From Utricularia gibba (Eukaryota > Plantae > Magnoliophyta): 64,000 nt of DNA. Shown here piece by piece: positions 47,089-60,900 of the stretch; position 1 is the stretch's first letter, and each line of letters starts with the position of its first letter. The notes below the pieces were generated by a model. The model saw only the letters and a list, made by a program, of their open reading frames with translations, ran no database searches and was not told where the DNA came from. The stretch is taken from NCBI GenBank assembly GCA_002189035.1, contig NEEC01000011.1, positions 1,240,001 through 1,304,000 on the forward strand. Reading direction: 5' to 3'. The translations under genes and the position numbers were made by a program.

Positions 47089-48380
47089 AGTGGGATAAAT
47101 CCTTTGATTTAGCCCACCCCATGTCTAACCCAATTTTGGAGTCTAGCAGCAACCCAAGAATCAAGTAAAAATCTGGATTTCGTGCAAGTCACCAGGCTGC
47201 AGGGGGGCAATGAGTACACTGTCACGGCGGCAGTCTGCAAGTCAGGGCCAAGAGCAGTAGAGTTGTCAGAGAATGTACTTGCCTTAAGCAGTGGGAGGCG
47301 AGAGAAAGATGAGGAGAGAGAGTCACAAAAAAAGGGGGGAGTTCAACCGAGAATTTTCAGAGAACATACACGAGGGGGTTTCTCCCCCAACCCAACTTGA
47401 ACACGAAGAAACTTAAGGAGAAGGAGGAAGAAAATGGATTTTTCTGGAGAAGAACCTCCAGCTTGAAGGAAGAAGATGAAGATCCAGTTCAGCGCTACTG
47501 TTCCGGCCCAGGAACAGTAGCAGATGGAAACCAGAACTCTCACTGCTTTCTTTTAGTTTTGTTGATGTTTTTAGTTTCTGCACCCAACTTCTGCACGATA
47601 TTCTTAACATTTTCGTTGTTTTATGTTAATGTCATCACTTTTTACCTTCAAAGCATGAGTAGCTAACCCTAGGAGTGCGTTAAGGTGAAGCATGGTGGTG
47701 TGGGTCTAGGAGTCTTAATAAAATTGACCATTGTTTCTTAGCTCTTGTTTCTATAAAACCATGAGTAGACCTAAGGAGGGGAACAATTAGCTTCGCAGCT
47801 TAGATGCTTGATTTAAAGGTAGACCAACAAATCAAGACGAGAGCAGTAGGTGTTAGTCCGGAGTAGAACCAGTAGAACTGGGTAGACCTAGTTCTATATG
47901 CTTTGCATGTGGGTAGACCTAATTGTAAGGCTGGTGATGATATGAAGGACTAACTTAGTCGAAAATATGATGAATGACGTGGGTAGACTTAAGTTATTTG
48001 AAGTTGTGAGTGTAGGAATATGGTAGATTAAATTAGGAATTTTGACACCACACCACCTGCAGATCCTTAAGGCACGTTAGTATTATTCTGAGTTAGAACC
48101 AGTACCTGTTACCTTAGCATTAAGACCTGATATTGTTTACTGATCTTGTTTACCGAACTTGTTTACCACTGTCGGTCCGAGCTTAGACTAAGACTTGCCA
48201 TTACTTTGAATTCTACATCTGTTGAAAATACATGACAAGCACAAGCTCCTTGTGATCGACCCCGAATTCCACTGTGCATTTTCAGTTTAATTTGTATTTT
48301 GTGAGGATTAGGGATTATAAATGTATTTGATACGGAAGTTTACTTTTATTGCAACGACATGCTAAAATTTCCGTTTATCA
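47089..48380 (+). mobile_element. Athila-family LTR (copy 3), with its 5' end removed by the deletion that joins it to the Copia
   Basis: Aligns with copies 1 and 2 from taaatcctttgatttag to ccgtttatca; the first ~130 bp and the left TSD are absent. Confidence 0.85.
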
Positions 48381-49710
48381 AATGACATGACCTTCATCTT
48401 CTAGAATCATATTATGTAATATGATACATGCATATATAATATCTCCAAGAATTTTTCGATCTCAAGTTCTTCCAGGAGATGTTAGTATTCCAAACCGGCT
48501 TTGTAATATCCCAAAAGTGCGCTCTATGTCTTTTTTAGCACTGTCCTGGAATTGAGCATAACGACGAGCTTTGACCTTGTGGCAATGTAATAAATTTCAC
48601 AAACACAGTCCATTCCGAATAAATGCCATCAGCCAAATAATATTCCATGTTGTAATTATTATCATTGACAATGAATTGAACTTGTGGTGCAATCCCATTA
48701 TGTAACTCATTTAGTAAATGAGAATGCCATAAAACATTTATATCATTATTCACACCTGACATTCCAAAAAATGCATGCCATATCCATGCATCAACAGATG
48801 CCACCGCTTCTAACATGAGTGATGGTTTATGATGGTCTCCACGCTTAAGTTGACCTTGCCATGCCACAGGACAATTTTTCCACTCCCAATGCATGCAATT
48901 CCACACTTCCAAGCATTTCAGGAAATCCCCTAGCCTTACCCCAAGCAAGCAAACGCTCCAAGTCTTTTCGTAAATACTGTTCTGAAAAACAAGAGCGAAT
49001 GACAATAACAAAATGACGAATACATTTGATGGATGTTGCCTCTCCAATTTGAATATATTCTTCTTGAAAGAAGTAGAATCAATCACTTCATTTTGTTCTT
49101 GTTTGTGCTTAGCCGCCTTTTGTCCTAAAGGTCTTGCTTCTTTTTCAATACATGGAGAAGTGTGTGAAGATGTAGGCACAAGATCATTTGATCCCATTGT
49201 GAAGCCCTCATCTGATGATCTTGGAACCAAGCCAAAAAAAATATAAACACATCTGTACTATGATAAAAGTAGTAGATAAACAATAGAAAATATAATTTTA
49301 TGTATTGACATCCACTTCGATTCTAAACGTAAGATTTCCTAACACTTGAGGTCTACAAAATCTTTCCTCTTCACATTTGTATAATTCCAGTGCTTGTTGC
49401 TTGAAATCATACTCATTATAACCACTTCCTTCCCTTGCCATAACTTTAACCATAAAAACTCCAAATTAACTACAATCTTGACTCAAACTAGTCCATTTAT
49501 GTCTTATAGTATCAGTACTATGAGAAACGGCACCAGCTTCATGATAGTAATCAACAACTTTCTTCCAAAAACTTTTTCCCTTTTGAGAAGTTCCATGAAT
49601 TGGATCTTTAATAGTACTTAACCAAGCCGAAATTATGATCAACTTATCTTCATCACTCCATTTTTGTGATTGTAGTCCTCGATCAGCCATCCTACAAAAA
49701 GAGTGCAAAT
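48381..49710 (-). mobile_element. Second PIF/Harbinger remnant: Myb-like ORF1 and transposase fragments with an internal deletion
   Basis: KWSDEDKLIIISAWLSTIKDPIHGTSQKGKSFW, RPLGQKAAK, CMHWEWKNCPVAWQGQ, LEAVAS.D.WIWHAFFG, YYLADGIY.EW, IIYACIILHNMILEDE. Confidence 0.8.
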
Positions 49711-49749
49711 CTAAATAAATCGTATTAAAAACAAAATATCACGCTAAGC

Positions 49750-50244
49750 AATTAACGTGGTTTCTTTTAACATGGACATCATACTCAAAATATGATGTAG
49801 AGAGTGTAAGTCTGAAGTAAATGCCCTTATGTATTTTTTATGACAAGAATCGTAGTCCCCTCATCTGAGAGTTCAAGATTTGAATACTTAAATTATCAAC
49901 AAACAACTTGGTGAAAGTCCAACCTAGGACTCTTGCATATATTATCTTCTTTCAAGGGGGATTTTAAGTAAAAAAACATACAATTCTTTCAACTTCATTC
50001 ATAGGAACATAGCAATACAACCTAATACCAATAGTGAATCCTGGCATCAAACTATGTAATCATTATTGCAAGTCAGATTTCCTTCTCATTAGGTGGGCAT
50101 CAAGGTACTCAAAACATTGAATTAGATGGAAGACGCCTTGGTGAAGAAAACTTTGCCCATGCATGAAGTGTCATCATGCCATCTAAGGTTTTTTGATGTA
50201 GCCTTTAATCTTTATCCATGACTTGTGAAGTTAAAGTTGTCAAT
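49750..50244 (-). mobile_element. Very degenerate LINE (L1-like) RT-region remnant; appears to continue at 62307-~63000 on the other side of the Athila insertion
   Basis: Minus-strand FEYLDAHL (cf. FKYLGVPL) and LSDEGTTILVIK (cf. LS.GGRLTLIK), plus VQDPHALK near 62830; weak motif-level similarity only. Confidence 0.35.
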
Positions 50245-51408
50245 TTAATCATGCCATCTAAGGGTTTGCTAAATGTTGCGGTTTAGTACATTCAACGCAT
50301 CAAAAGAAATTTATAAACCTAGCTATTCTACTACACAAATCACAGGAATTAATGTAGCGTGGCAAGCAAGGGTCAAATCCACAGGGAATGGTTGCAATTT
50401 CCTGAAGTTTATCATATTTACTGAAAACAGGGGGTTTTTCTGGGGTTTAGTTCTAACACTGGTAAGACCTAAAATAACAGTGATTGAAATAAACGAGTTG
50501 CAGGGATGAAAATAGATGGAAATTAACGTGATGTTGCAGAAAACATAAAATAAAAGTAATTTTTCTAGGATTTACATCAGGGTCTATCTCTTGTGTCACT
50601 TAAGAGAGAGTATAAAACCAACTTTGAAATGCTTAAAAACAGAGTAAAAGTTTGCTGAAACAAAGTATGGGTTCGCAGGAACAGTAAAAAGTGCGTTAAA
50701 CTTAGGACCAAGCACGAAAAGCGTAAACAGCAGCATGTTCATAAGCTAAAATAAGGTCTACAAAGAGTTTCATGTTCACAACAAGGTACCGAAATACAGC
50801 AGAAAGCATAAAAACGAAGACAGTAACAGTAGCAAGTTCACGCAAAAATGGAAGTGCAGAAATCTGTAAATAAAAGAGTCAGGATGCTTCTATGGGCTGT
50901 AAATCTGCTGGAAATCGAAATTCTGGCTAGAAAGGTGGTGTAGAAATGCAGATTTGGAGGTCGCCGGAGAAACGAAGTTCTCCTCACTCCCACTCCCGCT
51001 CCTGTTCCCTCTGTGCACTCTGGGTGCACAATGTTTTCTCTCTCTCCCTCCCTTTTCCCTTTTGCCCTTCAAAAGTAAGGGTAGCCTCGTCTTTTCCTCA
51101 GGCTTCTAGAAGGGAGATCTCTACTCCAAATCTTATCTTTGCAAAAGGGCAGCTGCTTTCAGCGAAAGTGGCTTTTGCACAGCTTTTTCTATCCCTTCTG
51201 ACTTGTCAACATGGAAAATGCATTGCTACAGTACTAGCTCTTACCTTGGTTAAACTTAAAACACATACTAAATGAAATATCAGAGTTTTTCGGCTCAATT
51301 GTTGCCAATTGAGCCTGTTTTCACAATAAACACATTCTAATAGACTAAATACGCAAAAGAAGACAATTTAGCGCACTAATTAATATTTATCCCTAAACAA
51401 TGTTATCA
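50245..51408 (-). repeat. 3' LTR of the Athila element; outer ~16 nt replaced by filler, ~45-nt deletion near the inner end
   Basis: Aligns with 61088-62306, with 6 substitutions in the first ~165 aligned nt counted by eye. Confidence 0.9.
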
Positions 51409-52493
51409 CACTATCCTACAATGACTATAGACTTGTCCTCAAGTCTAAAACAGAAAATAAAATAGAAAATCTAAAATTGAGTCTCCTAAGGCAAAGAAAA
51501 GGTTTCGATTCATGATATCCATGCAAGGAGTGAAGAGAAGGGGTAGCAAGTGCGGGTAAGAATAGTTTCACTCAAGCACACATAGTAGAGGTTACTCGCA
51601 TGCCTCAAGTGTTCAAAAATCACATCCGTACGAGTACAAACTTGATCCTAACAGGCAGTAGCATACTAACAGTGATATGTATGAGTTTTACCTTGCAAAG
51701 ACACATACGATTTATAACAAAAATGGTGGCGGAAAAATGAAAATGATGCACATGGAGGTACTAAATGAGAGCATAGAAACTTGAGAACTCTTCCACTACG
51801 ACTTAGTCATACTCTCCTCCCTTTGTTCATCCTTATTTCTCCTAGAGTGGTTGGCCAGACCACAAAAAATGTTCATGGAAAATGATAAGTTCATAGTGTT
51901 TAAGCCTCAATCTCTTATTTCTTACAAGATTTTCTTTTTTTTTTTACAGCATGGCTTTTCTGGTGTGCCCGCCTATTGTACCTCTCTACTTTTCTCTTCT
52001 TCTCTCTCTTTTTTTTTATATAGCTCGGCTTTTTAGATTTGAGCTTGCCTTTTATCATCAAAAATATTTTATGTGCATCAGCCACATTCTATGTATCTGA
52101 CTTAGCGCAACCCACACATCCACATACTAGCAAGCCACATACAAACAATTCACAAGTAGGTCCTAGTGCAGATAGAGCAAAACACAGGCTGCATGCATGG
52201 ACTTTTCCACAAAATTTGGCTATCCTCATATAAGTCTTAAGCAGGTAAGAACTAAAAGGCTGAGTCCTCACAGAGGCTAAGGGATAGGCTTCTTACATTT
52301 CAAGCATGAACCGAAATTCCTAAACATGCTCAGCAGTCCTCAAGGCAACAAAAGACAGAAAAAATAACCACAAAACACATGCAAAGACAAGAAGGAGAAC
52401 TAAAACACATAAGACACAGAACAACAATTTACAAAACTAACAGGGTAAAAAGTCCAATCAAGAGTGAGGAGAGACAGTAGGACCTGCACCTGT

Positions 52494-54649
52494 CTACAAG
52501 TCAAGCAGAGTCTCTAGATACATCTTTAGGGTTCCTACAGTGCCTCTCAGCTCACGAATCTCCTTCAAGCAGCAATAGTTTCCGCTTTTAACAGGTGCTT
52601 GCCCTTCCCCAGCAGATGTAGAAGTGTCCTGAGCATTGGGCAGGGGCTGCTCCACCACATTTCCTTCACCTGTGCTCAATAAAAATACGATCTTGCCTTT
52701 GGCAAGTCGAATCATGCCAATGTTCGTGAGAAAAGAAAATTCTATAGAGAGATGAGGAGGTCCAATATGCAAATTTTCTAAAATATCAGGACCATAATCT
52801 TTCAAGGCCAAATAAGAAATCTAGTTTCCAAACCGCAAAGTTAAAACACCATTTCTGTTTCCTACTTCCTTTTTCATCAAATCAGCAAGCAATGCACCAA
52901 CATTCAAAGGCCTTTTCATCATTAAACCCCAAAAAATAAAGTTTCATTTTTAAACAAAGAATTGAAAGCCCGTTGATGCTGAAAAAAGGAAGCCGAAAGT
53001 AAGACATGAATGATCCTCCACACGGGGTCAACTATAAGACTAGCCTTAGTCTCTTTTTGTTTAAAAATAACCTCACTACCCAGTCAATTGCTCATAAACT
53101 TCATGCTCATCAAAGTATTCAACACCAGGAAAATCAAACATGGAAGTTTGGAAAGCAGTGGAGTTCAAATCATTTTCCGAAACAAATCCTGAGGCTCTAT
53201 TCCAATCAGCCAAAGAATATGCAAACCATTTCCCAAACAATCGAAAGTGAATAATACCAGGGGCAAAAACAGTTTCAGGCACATCATATGCAAAAGTTGT
53301 GAATAATTCATAACACAATTCAGCAAATGCAGGAATCTTGTTCTGAAAAATCTGAAGAAACGGTGTACCTACCAACCGTTCTTTTACCTCTTGCTCGATG
53401 CCAAGATGCTGAAGAGTTTCAATATCCACACAACGAACCAGTTCTGGCCCAACTCCAAAAATGATGTCCAACTTTTCCTTGTGGGTTTTGCAGCTGAACC
53501 GAAGGTATCCTATGAAGATTTTAGTATCTTCTTTGCTAAAAAATGCACACCCTCCTCCAATTCCACCATGGTGATGTCCTTGTCTGCAAAAATGGTAGAG
53601 CCAACAGGGGGTTCAGTCATTTTCTTTTTACCTTTCTCCTCCTTGCGTTGTTTTGCTTTTCCTCCCTTCTGCGTTGCTCCAGTTTCCTTCTCTTCTCGAG
53701 GTCGTTTCTTCTGCGTCTTGGTGGCTCTCACTGGATGTTCCCTTCAAACAGCAGAATCCTCTGCCCATGCTGTCTCGGTAGGTGCGGGGGTTGGTTCAGG
53801 GCTCTTCTGGCGTGTTTTTGACGTCTCTTTTTTATTGGTGGCTCCTACCTCCCTTGCTGGCTTAGAGGGTGTTTGGGAAGGTGCAGGAGCCCTTGTTGGT
53901 GCCTTTTCCACGTTTGCTTCCGCCATGCTCTTCTTCTTGTTGGCAGCATTTTCCGCTTCCCACTGTTTGGCTGTCAATTCTTATTCATTTGCCCTCTGCT
54001 TCCGTGTTTTATAAGTTCTGTGGGTCATGCACTGCTTGACTCTGTTGCGCTTGCCCATCACAAGTCTCGCCGTGGTATTCCCTGTTGGGGCTGTGCTCTT
54101 TGAGGCTTCTCGTCCAATGCCAAGGGCATATGTGGTAGCAGGGGCCGCATTTTTGGGAATACCCCTCTCCGGGAGGTCTGAAATTTTCTGGTCCTCAAGG
54201 AAATCTGCATAAATAGGGTCGATTGTTAGTGGGGGTACGGTGGTGGGTGGTTGGGGCGGCTTTAGAGGGACGAGGTGTACCTAGCGTAAGGGAAAAATCA
54301 ATGGAACCCACCAGATTTTGGGTTGGAGAAACAGGTGGTGTAGGGGAGCACGAGCGTGGGGAGGGCGTAATAGTAACAGGGGTAGGTTGCGGCACTGGTA
54401 TGGGCAAAGATGCATTGGAGGCGAGGCCGTGAAGATGGAGGCGGTTTCCACCTATGCAGCGAGCAGCATTTCGTTGGAAGAGGGCTTAGGGCTCGCGGCA
54501 GCGGGTGCGGTAACAGATTGGGGGAAAAACTGAATAGTGCGCAGCACGGTGGAGGTCGAGTTGGTGGGTACGGAGGCTGCCAGAACAAATGGGTGGTCAA
54601 GGGTGGCCGGCGGCACGGCAGTGGAGTCAGAGGACGGGAGTTTCGCCAT
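52494..54649 (-). pseudogene. Athila env-like / ORF2 protein, frameshifted
   Basis: Pro/Ser/Thr-rich N-terminus (MAKLPSS..., PTPVTITPSPRS), a Lys/Glu-rich block, then LQHLGIEQEV...AELCYELFTTF...IHFRLFGKWFAYSLADW, as in Athila ORF2-type proteins. Lies downstream of pol on the same strand. Confidence 0.7.
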
Positions 54650-54944
54650 GGAAGAGGTGCAACGGTTTTGTGAAAAAGGGAAGAAGGGGTACAAATGGGA
54701 AAGTAGTTGTTGGGGAGATAGGGTTTCCCACCCTTTTTAAATTGAACCCATTGGGTCTGTGTAACTAAAAATAAAGAAAGAATTGCAACTACACAGTAGA
54801 TGAGCTAGTGCATCAGAAACTACTAGTGGGGTAGAGAAAATCAACAAAATAACAGATTGCAACCGCATAAAAGGTAAAATGCATAACTAAAAGTGCAAAA
54901 AGAAAATAAAAATGCATAAAGGAAATAAAAGTAGAAAATACTGG

Positions 54945-57900
54945 TTACCTCCCAACGAGGACCCTAGAATAAGTATTAGGGTAAGACTTAAGTGCAAAGT
55001 TTAAAAGAGGAACTTCAATGAATGCCACAGCATCCACAGGGTATCCCACTTCGTTGATCATAAGCTCATGGAACACTTTCAATTTGTGACCATTCACAAT
55101 GAATGAGCTATGCATGTCTCTATCAAACAACTCAATGGAACTGTTAGGATTCACATGTTTAATCTCAAAAGGTCTTTCCCAATGGGATTTCAATTTAACT
55201 AGGTGAAGCTTGAGTTTAGACTGAAATAATAATACCTTTTGTCCAGGTTCAATGTGCTTGCACAAGATCTGACGGTCATGGAATTGCTTCGTACGTTCCT
55301 TGAAGATTTTAGAATTCATCTAGGCCTCATGTCTTAGCTCATCAAGCTCTGAAAGTTGGAGCTTTCTCAAATCACCACTGCCTTGAATCTCCAAGTAAAC
55401 TCGTTGGATTTCCCATCTAGCCTTCTGCTCTAATTCAATGGGCAAATGGCAATGTTTACCATATACAAGGCGAAAGGGAGACATACTGATGGGGATTTTG
55501 AAGGCTGTGCGAATTGCCCACAAGGTGGGATTTCCCATCTAGCCTTCTGCTCTAATTCAACTTGGAGCTCCAATTCTTGCGAGAGGAAGTTACAGTCTTT
55601 TCTAAAATTTTCTTGATTTCCCAATTAGAAACTTCTGCCTGCCCATTGATCTAAGGATGGTAAGAGTTAGATGGCTTGTACCAGACTCCATAGCTTTTCA
55701 GTAGTCTCTCCATAGCCTTGTTAAAGAAATGGCTTCCACGATTACTAATCAAGGCTTTGAGTGTTCCAAACCTCACAAAGATATTATTCTTCAAAAAGCG
55801 TATGACTGAATGAGTGTCTTGTGACTTGGTGGGGATCGCCTCTATCCATTTTGAAACATAATCCACACCAAAATGTACTCATATCCATTAGAGTTTTGAA
55901 AGGGGCCCATGAAGTCTATACCCCAGACATCGAACACTTCTGGAACAACAATAAACGGCATTGGCATTTCATGTCGATTTGAGATATTCCTTGTTCTCTA
56001 GCAGTTCTCGCAGCTCTTACAGTAAGACTTGGCATCCTTGAAAAATGTTGACCAATAATAACCACAATCCAACACCTTCTTGGCAGTACGATTGGGACCA
56101 TGGTGCCCTCCACAAGGAGATGCATGACAAAAAGCCAACACTTGCTGAATATCATCTTCGGCCAAGCAGCGTCGCACAACACCATCAGCACAATTTTTCC
56201 ACAGATAGAGGTCATCACAGAAATAGTGCTTACTCTCACTCTTCAACTTCAACTTCTCATAACTCTTTAAGTCCAATGCCATCTCTCCAGTGCACAAATA
56301 ATTGGCTATGTCAGCGTACCATGGCTCACTAGTCTTCCCTGCATCAGCCTTAATTGCATAGAGTTGTTCATTTGGAAATTCTTCAACAATTGGAATATCA
56401 TCCATGGGTTGCTCGATTCTACTAAGGTGATCTGCAACTTCATTGAGCTTCCCAAGCTTATCCCTGATTTTCACATTGAACTCTTGCAGCAACAAGACCC
56501 ACCTCATAAGCCTCGGTTTGGTCTCCTTCTTAGACATGAGATGTCTGATAGCGGCACGGTTTGTGTGCACAATCACTTTGTTACCCAACAAATAGCTTCT
56601 GAACTTTTCCAAGGCAAATACAATAGCTAGCATCTCCTTCTCGATTGTAGTGTAATTTGCTTGAGCATTATCCAAGGTTTTGGAGGCATAGCTGATGACA
56701 GTGTCTTTTCCATCAAGTTTCTAGCCTAACACAGCTCCTACTGCATAGTTAGATGCATCAATCATCACATGGAAGAGCTCACTCCAATTGGGCGCTTGTA
56801 TGATAGGAGCTGATGTCACGGCTGCCTTGAGAGTGTCAAAAGCATGCGTACATTCATCTGAAAAAACAAACTCAACGTCTTTATGCAAGAGGTTGGTTAG
56901 TGGTCAAGCAATTTGAGAAAAACCTTTAATAAATCTCTTGTAAAATCCGACATGGCCTAAAAATGCACGAACTCCTCTTTCATCATGTGGATATGGTAAA
57001 CCAGAAATAGTACTTACCTTAGCAAGATCTACCATAAGACCTGCTTCAGAAACAACATGCTCAAGTACAATTCCTTGGCGTACCATGAAATGGCATTTTT
57101 CAGAGTTCAAAACTAAATCATTTTCAACACAACGTTTTAACTCAAGTTCTAAATGATTCAAACAATCATCAAAACTAGTCCCATGCACAGTAAAGTCATC
57201 CATGAATACTTCTATGAAATCATCAATATAATCCGAAAAAATGCTGGTGACACACCTTTGAAAGTCGTTGGGGTGTTGTAGAGACCAAATGGCATTTTCT
57301 TGTACGCATATGTGCCAAAGGGACAGGTAAGGATCGTCTTTTCTTGATCATCCGGTGCCACAACAACTTGGTTATACCCTGAGTACCCATCAAGAAAGCA
57401 ATAGAAACTCTTACCACTTAACCTGTCCAGCATTTGATCGACAAAGGGTAGAGGGTAGTGATCCTTCCTTGTTACTTCATTCAGCTTTCTATAGTCAATA
57501 CATACCCTCCAGCCATTCTGAACTCGCGTCGCCACTTCTTTCCATCAGCATCTTCAACAACTGTGATTCCTGTCTTTTTAGGGCCTACGTGGATAGGACT
57601 TACCCATGTGCTATCAGAAATCGAATAAATCACTCCAGCTTTCAGCAACTTCTGGATTTCCTTCTTCACTACCTCCATGAGGGTTGGATTAAGCCTTCTT
57701 TGAGGTTGTCTAACTGGTTTTGCTCCATCTTCAAGATAAATCCTATGCATTGTGACAGAAGAACTAATTTCGGTTATATCATCCAATGTCCAGTCGATGG
57801 CCTTGCTATTAGCTTTGAGAACCTCCATCAGCTTCATCTCTTATTCACAAGAAAGATCAGCACTGATAATCACCGGCTTGGAATTATCCCCAATAAATGC

Positions 57901-60900
57901 ATACTTGAGATGTGAAGGTAAGGGTTTCAATTCTGGTGGGGCAACACTAGTCACCTCTCCAAGCTTCACCAAGTCTTTATCTTCAATGAGACATTCCAGA
58001 ATTACATACTCAGCTTCCTCCTCTTCGAGCTCAATGTCTTGTCTAAACATTTCAAGAATATCACACTGCTCTTCATCAAAAACTTCCTCCATCAGCTCAT
58101 CAATCACATCAATTCCAGTCACAGGTGCAAAATCATCAGGGAACTTTTCAGCTTCATTAGTGTTAAAGATAGAAACATCATCAGCATAACCAATAGTGAT
58201 GGCTTCTTTCCTACAATCAATTTGAGCATTTGCAGTAGTTAGGAAAGGACATCCCAGAATCAAAGTATTATCATTCACCCTAGCTGGAGGCATTTTCACA
58301 ACAACAAAATCGCAAGGATAGCAGGTATTAGAAACTCGAACTAAAACATCCTCAGCAATACCCTCAAAAATGGCCACGGATCTGGTTGCAAGCTGCAATT
58401 TTAAGTTTGTTGGCTTGAGGGGTTCCAATTCCAGTGCCAAATAAACTTCATAAGGCATCATGTTGATTGAAGCTCCTTGATCCGCCATTGCCCTACTGAT
58501 GAATTTAGTTCCTACCTAAATAGGAACAAAGAATGTTCCAAAGTCTGAACATTTTTCTGGCATCGGTTGGGTCAGGTATGCAGAGACTTGAGCACTGACT
58601 TTGATCACTTCTTCATCCTTGCTCTTCCTGTTCAAACTACACAAGTACTTCAATACTTTCATCCCTTTCGGCACTTGCCTCAAATAATCCACAGCCTTCA
58701 TGGTAATCATAGCAGAGTCCAAGGCTGAAATTATGGAGTCCTTCTCTTCTTGCCTTGCTCGAGCTTGTAATCTTCCAGGAAAAGGAGGCGTCTTCTTGAT
58801 CTCAACAACAGGTTCCCCTGCTGCTTTTCCTTGTTGTACCTTATCCTCAGAATTAACTTTAGAACCTTCAGCCACTTTACTATGACTTGCAGGGGCCCTT
58901 CGATGAGGTAGTTGCTTTCTCCCACGAAGTTCAATAGCAGAAATGTTTGCTTTCGGATTGGCATTGGACTGATATGGTAGTTTCCCTGAATTTCCTTTCA
59001 GTTCAACGAGCTCTATAGCAAGTTGGCCTATTTGCCTCTCAAGACTCTTCATCATTTCCTCAGATTTGGCATCCCTTTTTGCTTGTTCAGCATCACATCT
59101 GACCATGTTTTCCAACATCATCTTCATCATTTCTTCAGTTGAAAGGGATGGTTTAGCACCTTATGTGCTTGGCTGGTCGACTCTCTGATGTGGGGGTTGA
59201 TATGGCTTGCTTGGATACCTATTCCCCTGCTGAACACTTTGTCCTTGCTGAAACGAAATTGGTGGTGCTTTTTGTTGCTGCAGTTGAGTGAATCCCAGAT
59301 GTTGTGGATTTTCAACATTGGTGCTTCTCCAACTAAAATTGGGATGACTCCTCATAGGTTCGAAACACTGGTCATTCTTGGGTCTAAAATAATCAGCTCT
59401 ATTATTCACGTACCCCATTCCATTCACTCCTTCAAGTGGTTCTTCTAGATGTCCTTTCATGGAGCAATGATTAGGAGTATGTCCCAGAATGCCACAGACT
59501 TCACAAGGCACGGATTTTGCATGGACAAGAAATAAGCCTTTCACCATATCCTTCAATTCAGTAATATCCTTGTTGATGAGCCCCAGGAAGATAATGAAGT
59601 GTATTTAAAGAATAATGAGGAGTTTGTCCAAGTGAACACATTAGAGACAAAGATAATTCCACCAGGACCAATGACTAGAAGCAAGAGCAAAATGCTTGAA
59701 GATACACTTAAGGCTCTACTCAATACAATTGGAATCAAACATGGGCTTGAAAACATCCCATCAAAAGACCTCAACTACTTGAAGGTGGATTTACCTTAGA
59801 GCAATGGGTTTGTTAGACTTTTCTATTTCATTTAGTTTGGGCCAAGTAATGTTAGAGCCCAATCCTAAAGTATAAATACTCTAGAGATGTACTCTTTCAG
59901 GATCTTTAGTCATTTCATATATTTTGTGAGGATTCTCCTCTTCTTTGAGTGCTTGAACACTCTTAACTTATCAAGCTTTGAGCTTGTGGCATCCTAGGAT
60001 TATCAATTCCAATCCCTCTCTCTTTTCTGAAGTGTAGCTCCTAATTTTCTTTGTTTCGAAATCTGGTTGCAAGAGATTCATTCTCTTGAGGGTAGACTTG
60101 GGTGGGTTCTCTTCTAAGCTTCAAAATCACCTCTTGTTCGTGGGTTGCTAATCTCTATAGATTAGAGGGTCACATCACTTGTCATGTCTTGCCGCTTCAT
60201 CTTCTCTTAGCACTCCCATCTCATTCACTTGTCGCTGGGCTCGAGATCAAAACTGAGAATGTCTTGAATGTCCAAGCATTTCTTTAATCTTCTCCCAACC
60301 TTCAGATGGGGTCAGAGTCCTCATATTACCATGTGCAGCAGAATTCAACTTATCTCTTTGGGCAGTAGTCAAGCCCTTCAAAAAACACTTCACTCGCTTC
60401 AATTTATCAAATCCATGATGTGGGCAGCTCAAAAACGAGTTGTGAACCTGTCCCAATACTCATGTAGAGGCTCATCATAATCCTGAAAAATATTTTCAAT
60501 TTTGCTTCGAATTTCGTCTGCTCTAGAGGTAGGAAAAAATTGATTTAAAAATACTTTCTTCATTTCCATCCAACTTCTAATACTTCCAGGTTCAAGTGTG
60601 TTGAATCAAGTCTTGGCATGTCCTTCAGAGTGAATTGGAAGACTATGAGAAGTAAATCGTCCTCAGTCACGTCCTTGGGTCGTAGCACAGCTCCAACAGC
60701 AATACAATCATCAATGTGCATATGAGGATCCTCATTCTTGTTCCCATAATATTTAGGAAACAGAGCAAGGGTTCTTGGCCTCAACTCCAAATTAATTACT
60801 ACTGTAGAAAAGGTGATGCAATGCCCACGGTATCTATGATCTGGTGACTCATACTCTCCAATAGTCTTCTCCAAAATATTCACAAACTGCTAGTTATTTG

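Noticed and set aside
48535-49230. 231-aa ORF looking like a Harbinger ORF1-transposase fusion protein
   Set aside because: The true transposase frame upstream (EQYLRKDLERLL...RGFPEMLGSV) is offset by one base, and the shift falls on the first catalytic Asp (GSIDCMHW). The open frame is an accidental chimera in a decayed element.
53391-54673. Several plus-strand ORFs of 60-207 aa opposite the env-like region
   Set aside because: Antisense shadows of low-complexity GC-rich sequence; no conserved motif seen.
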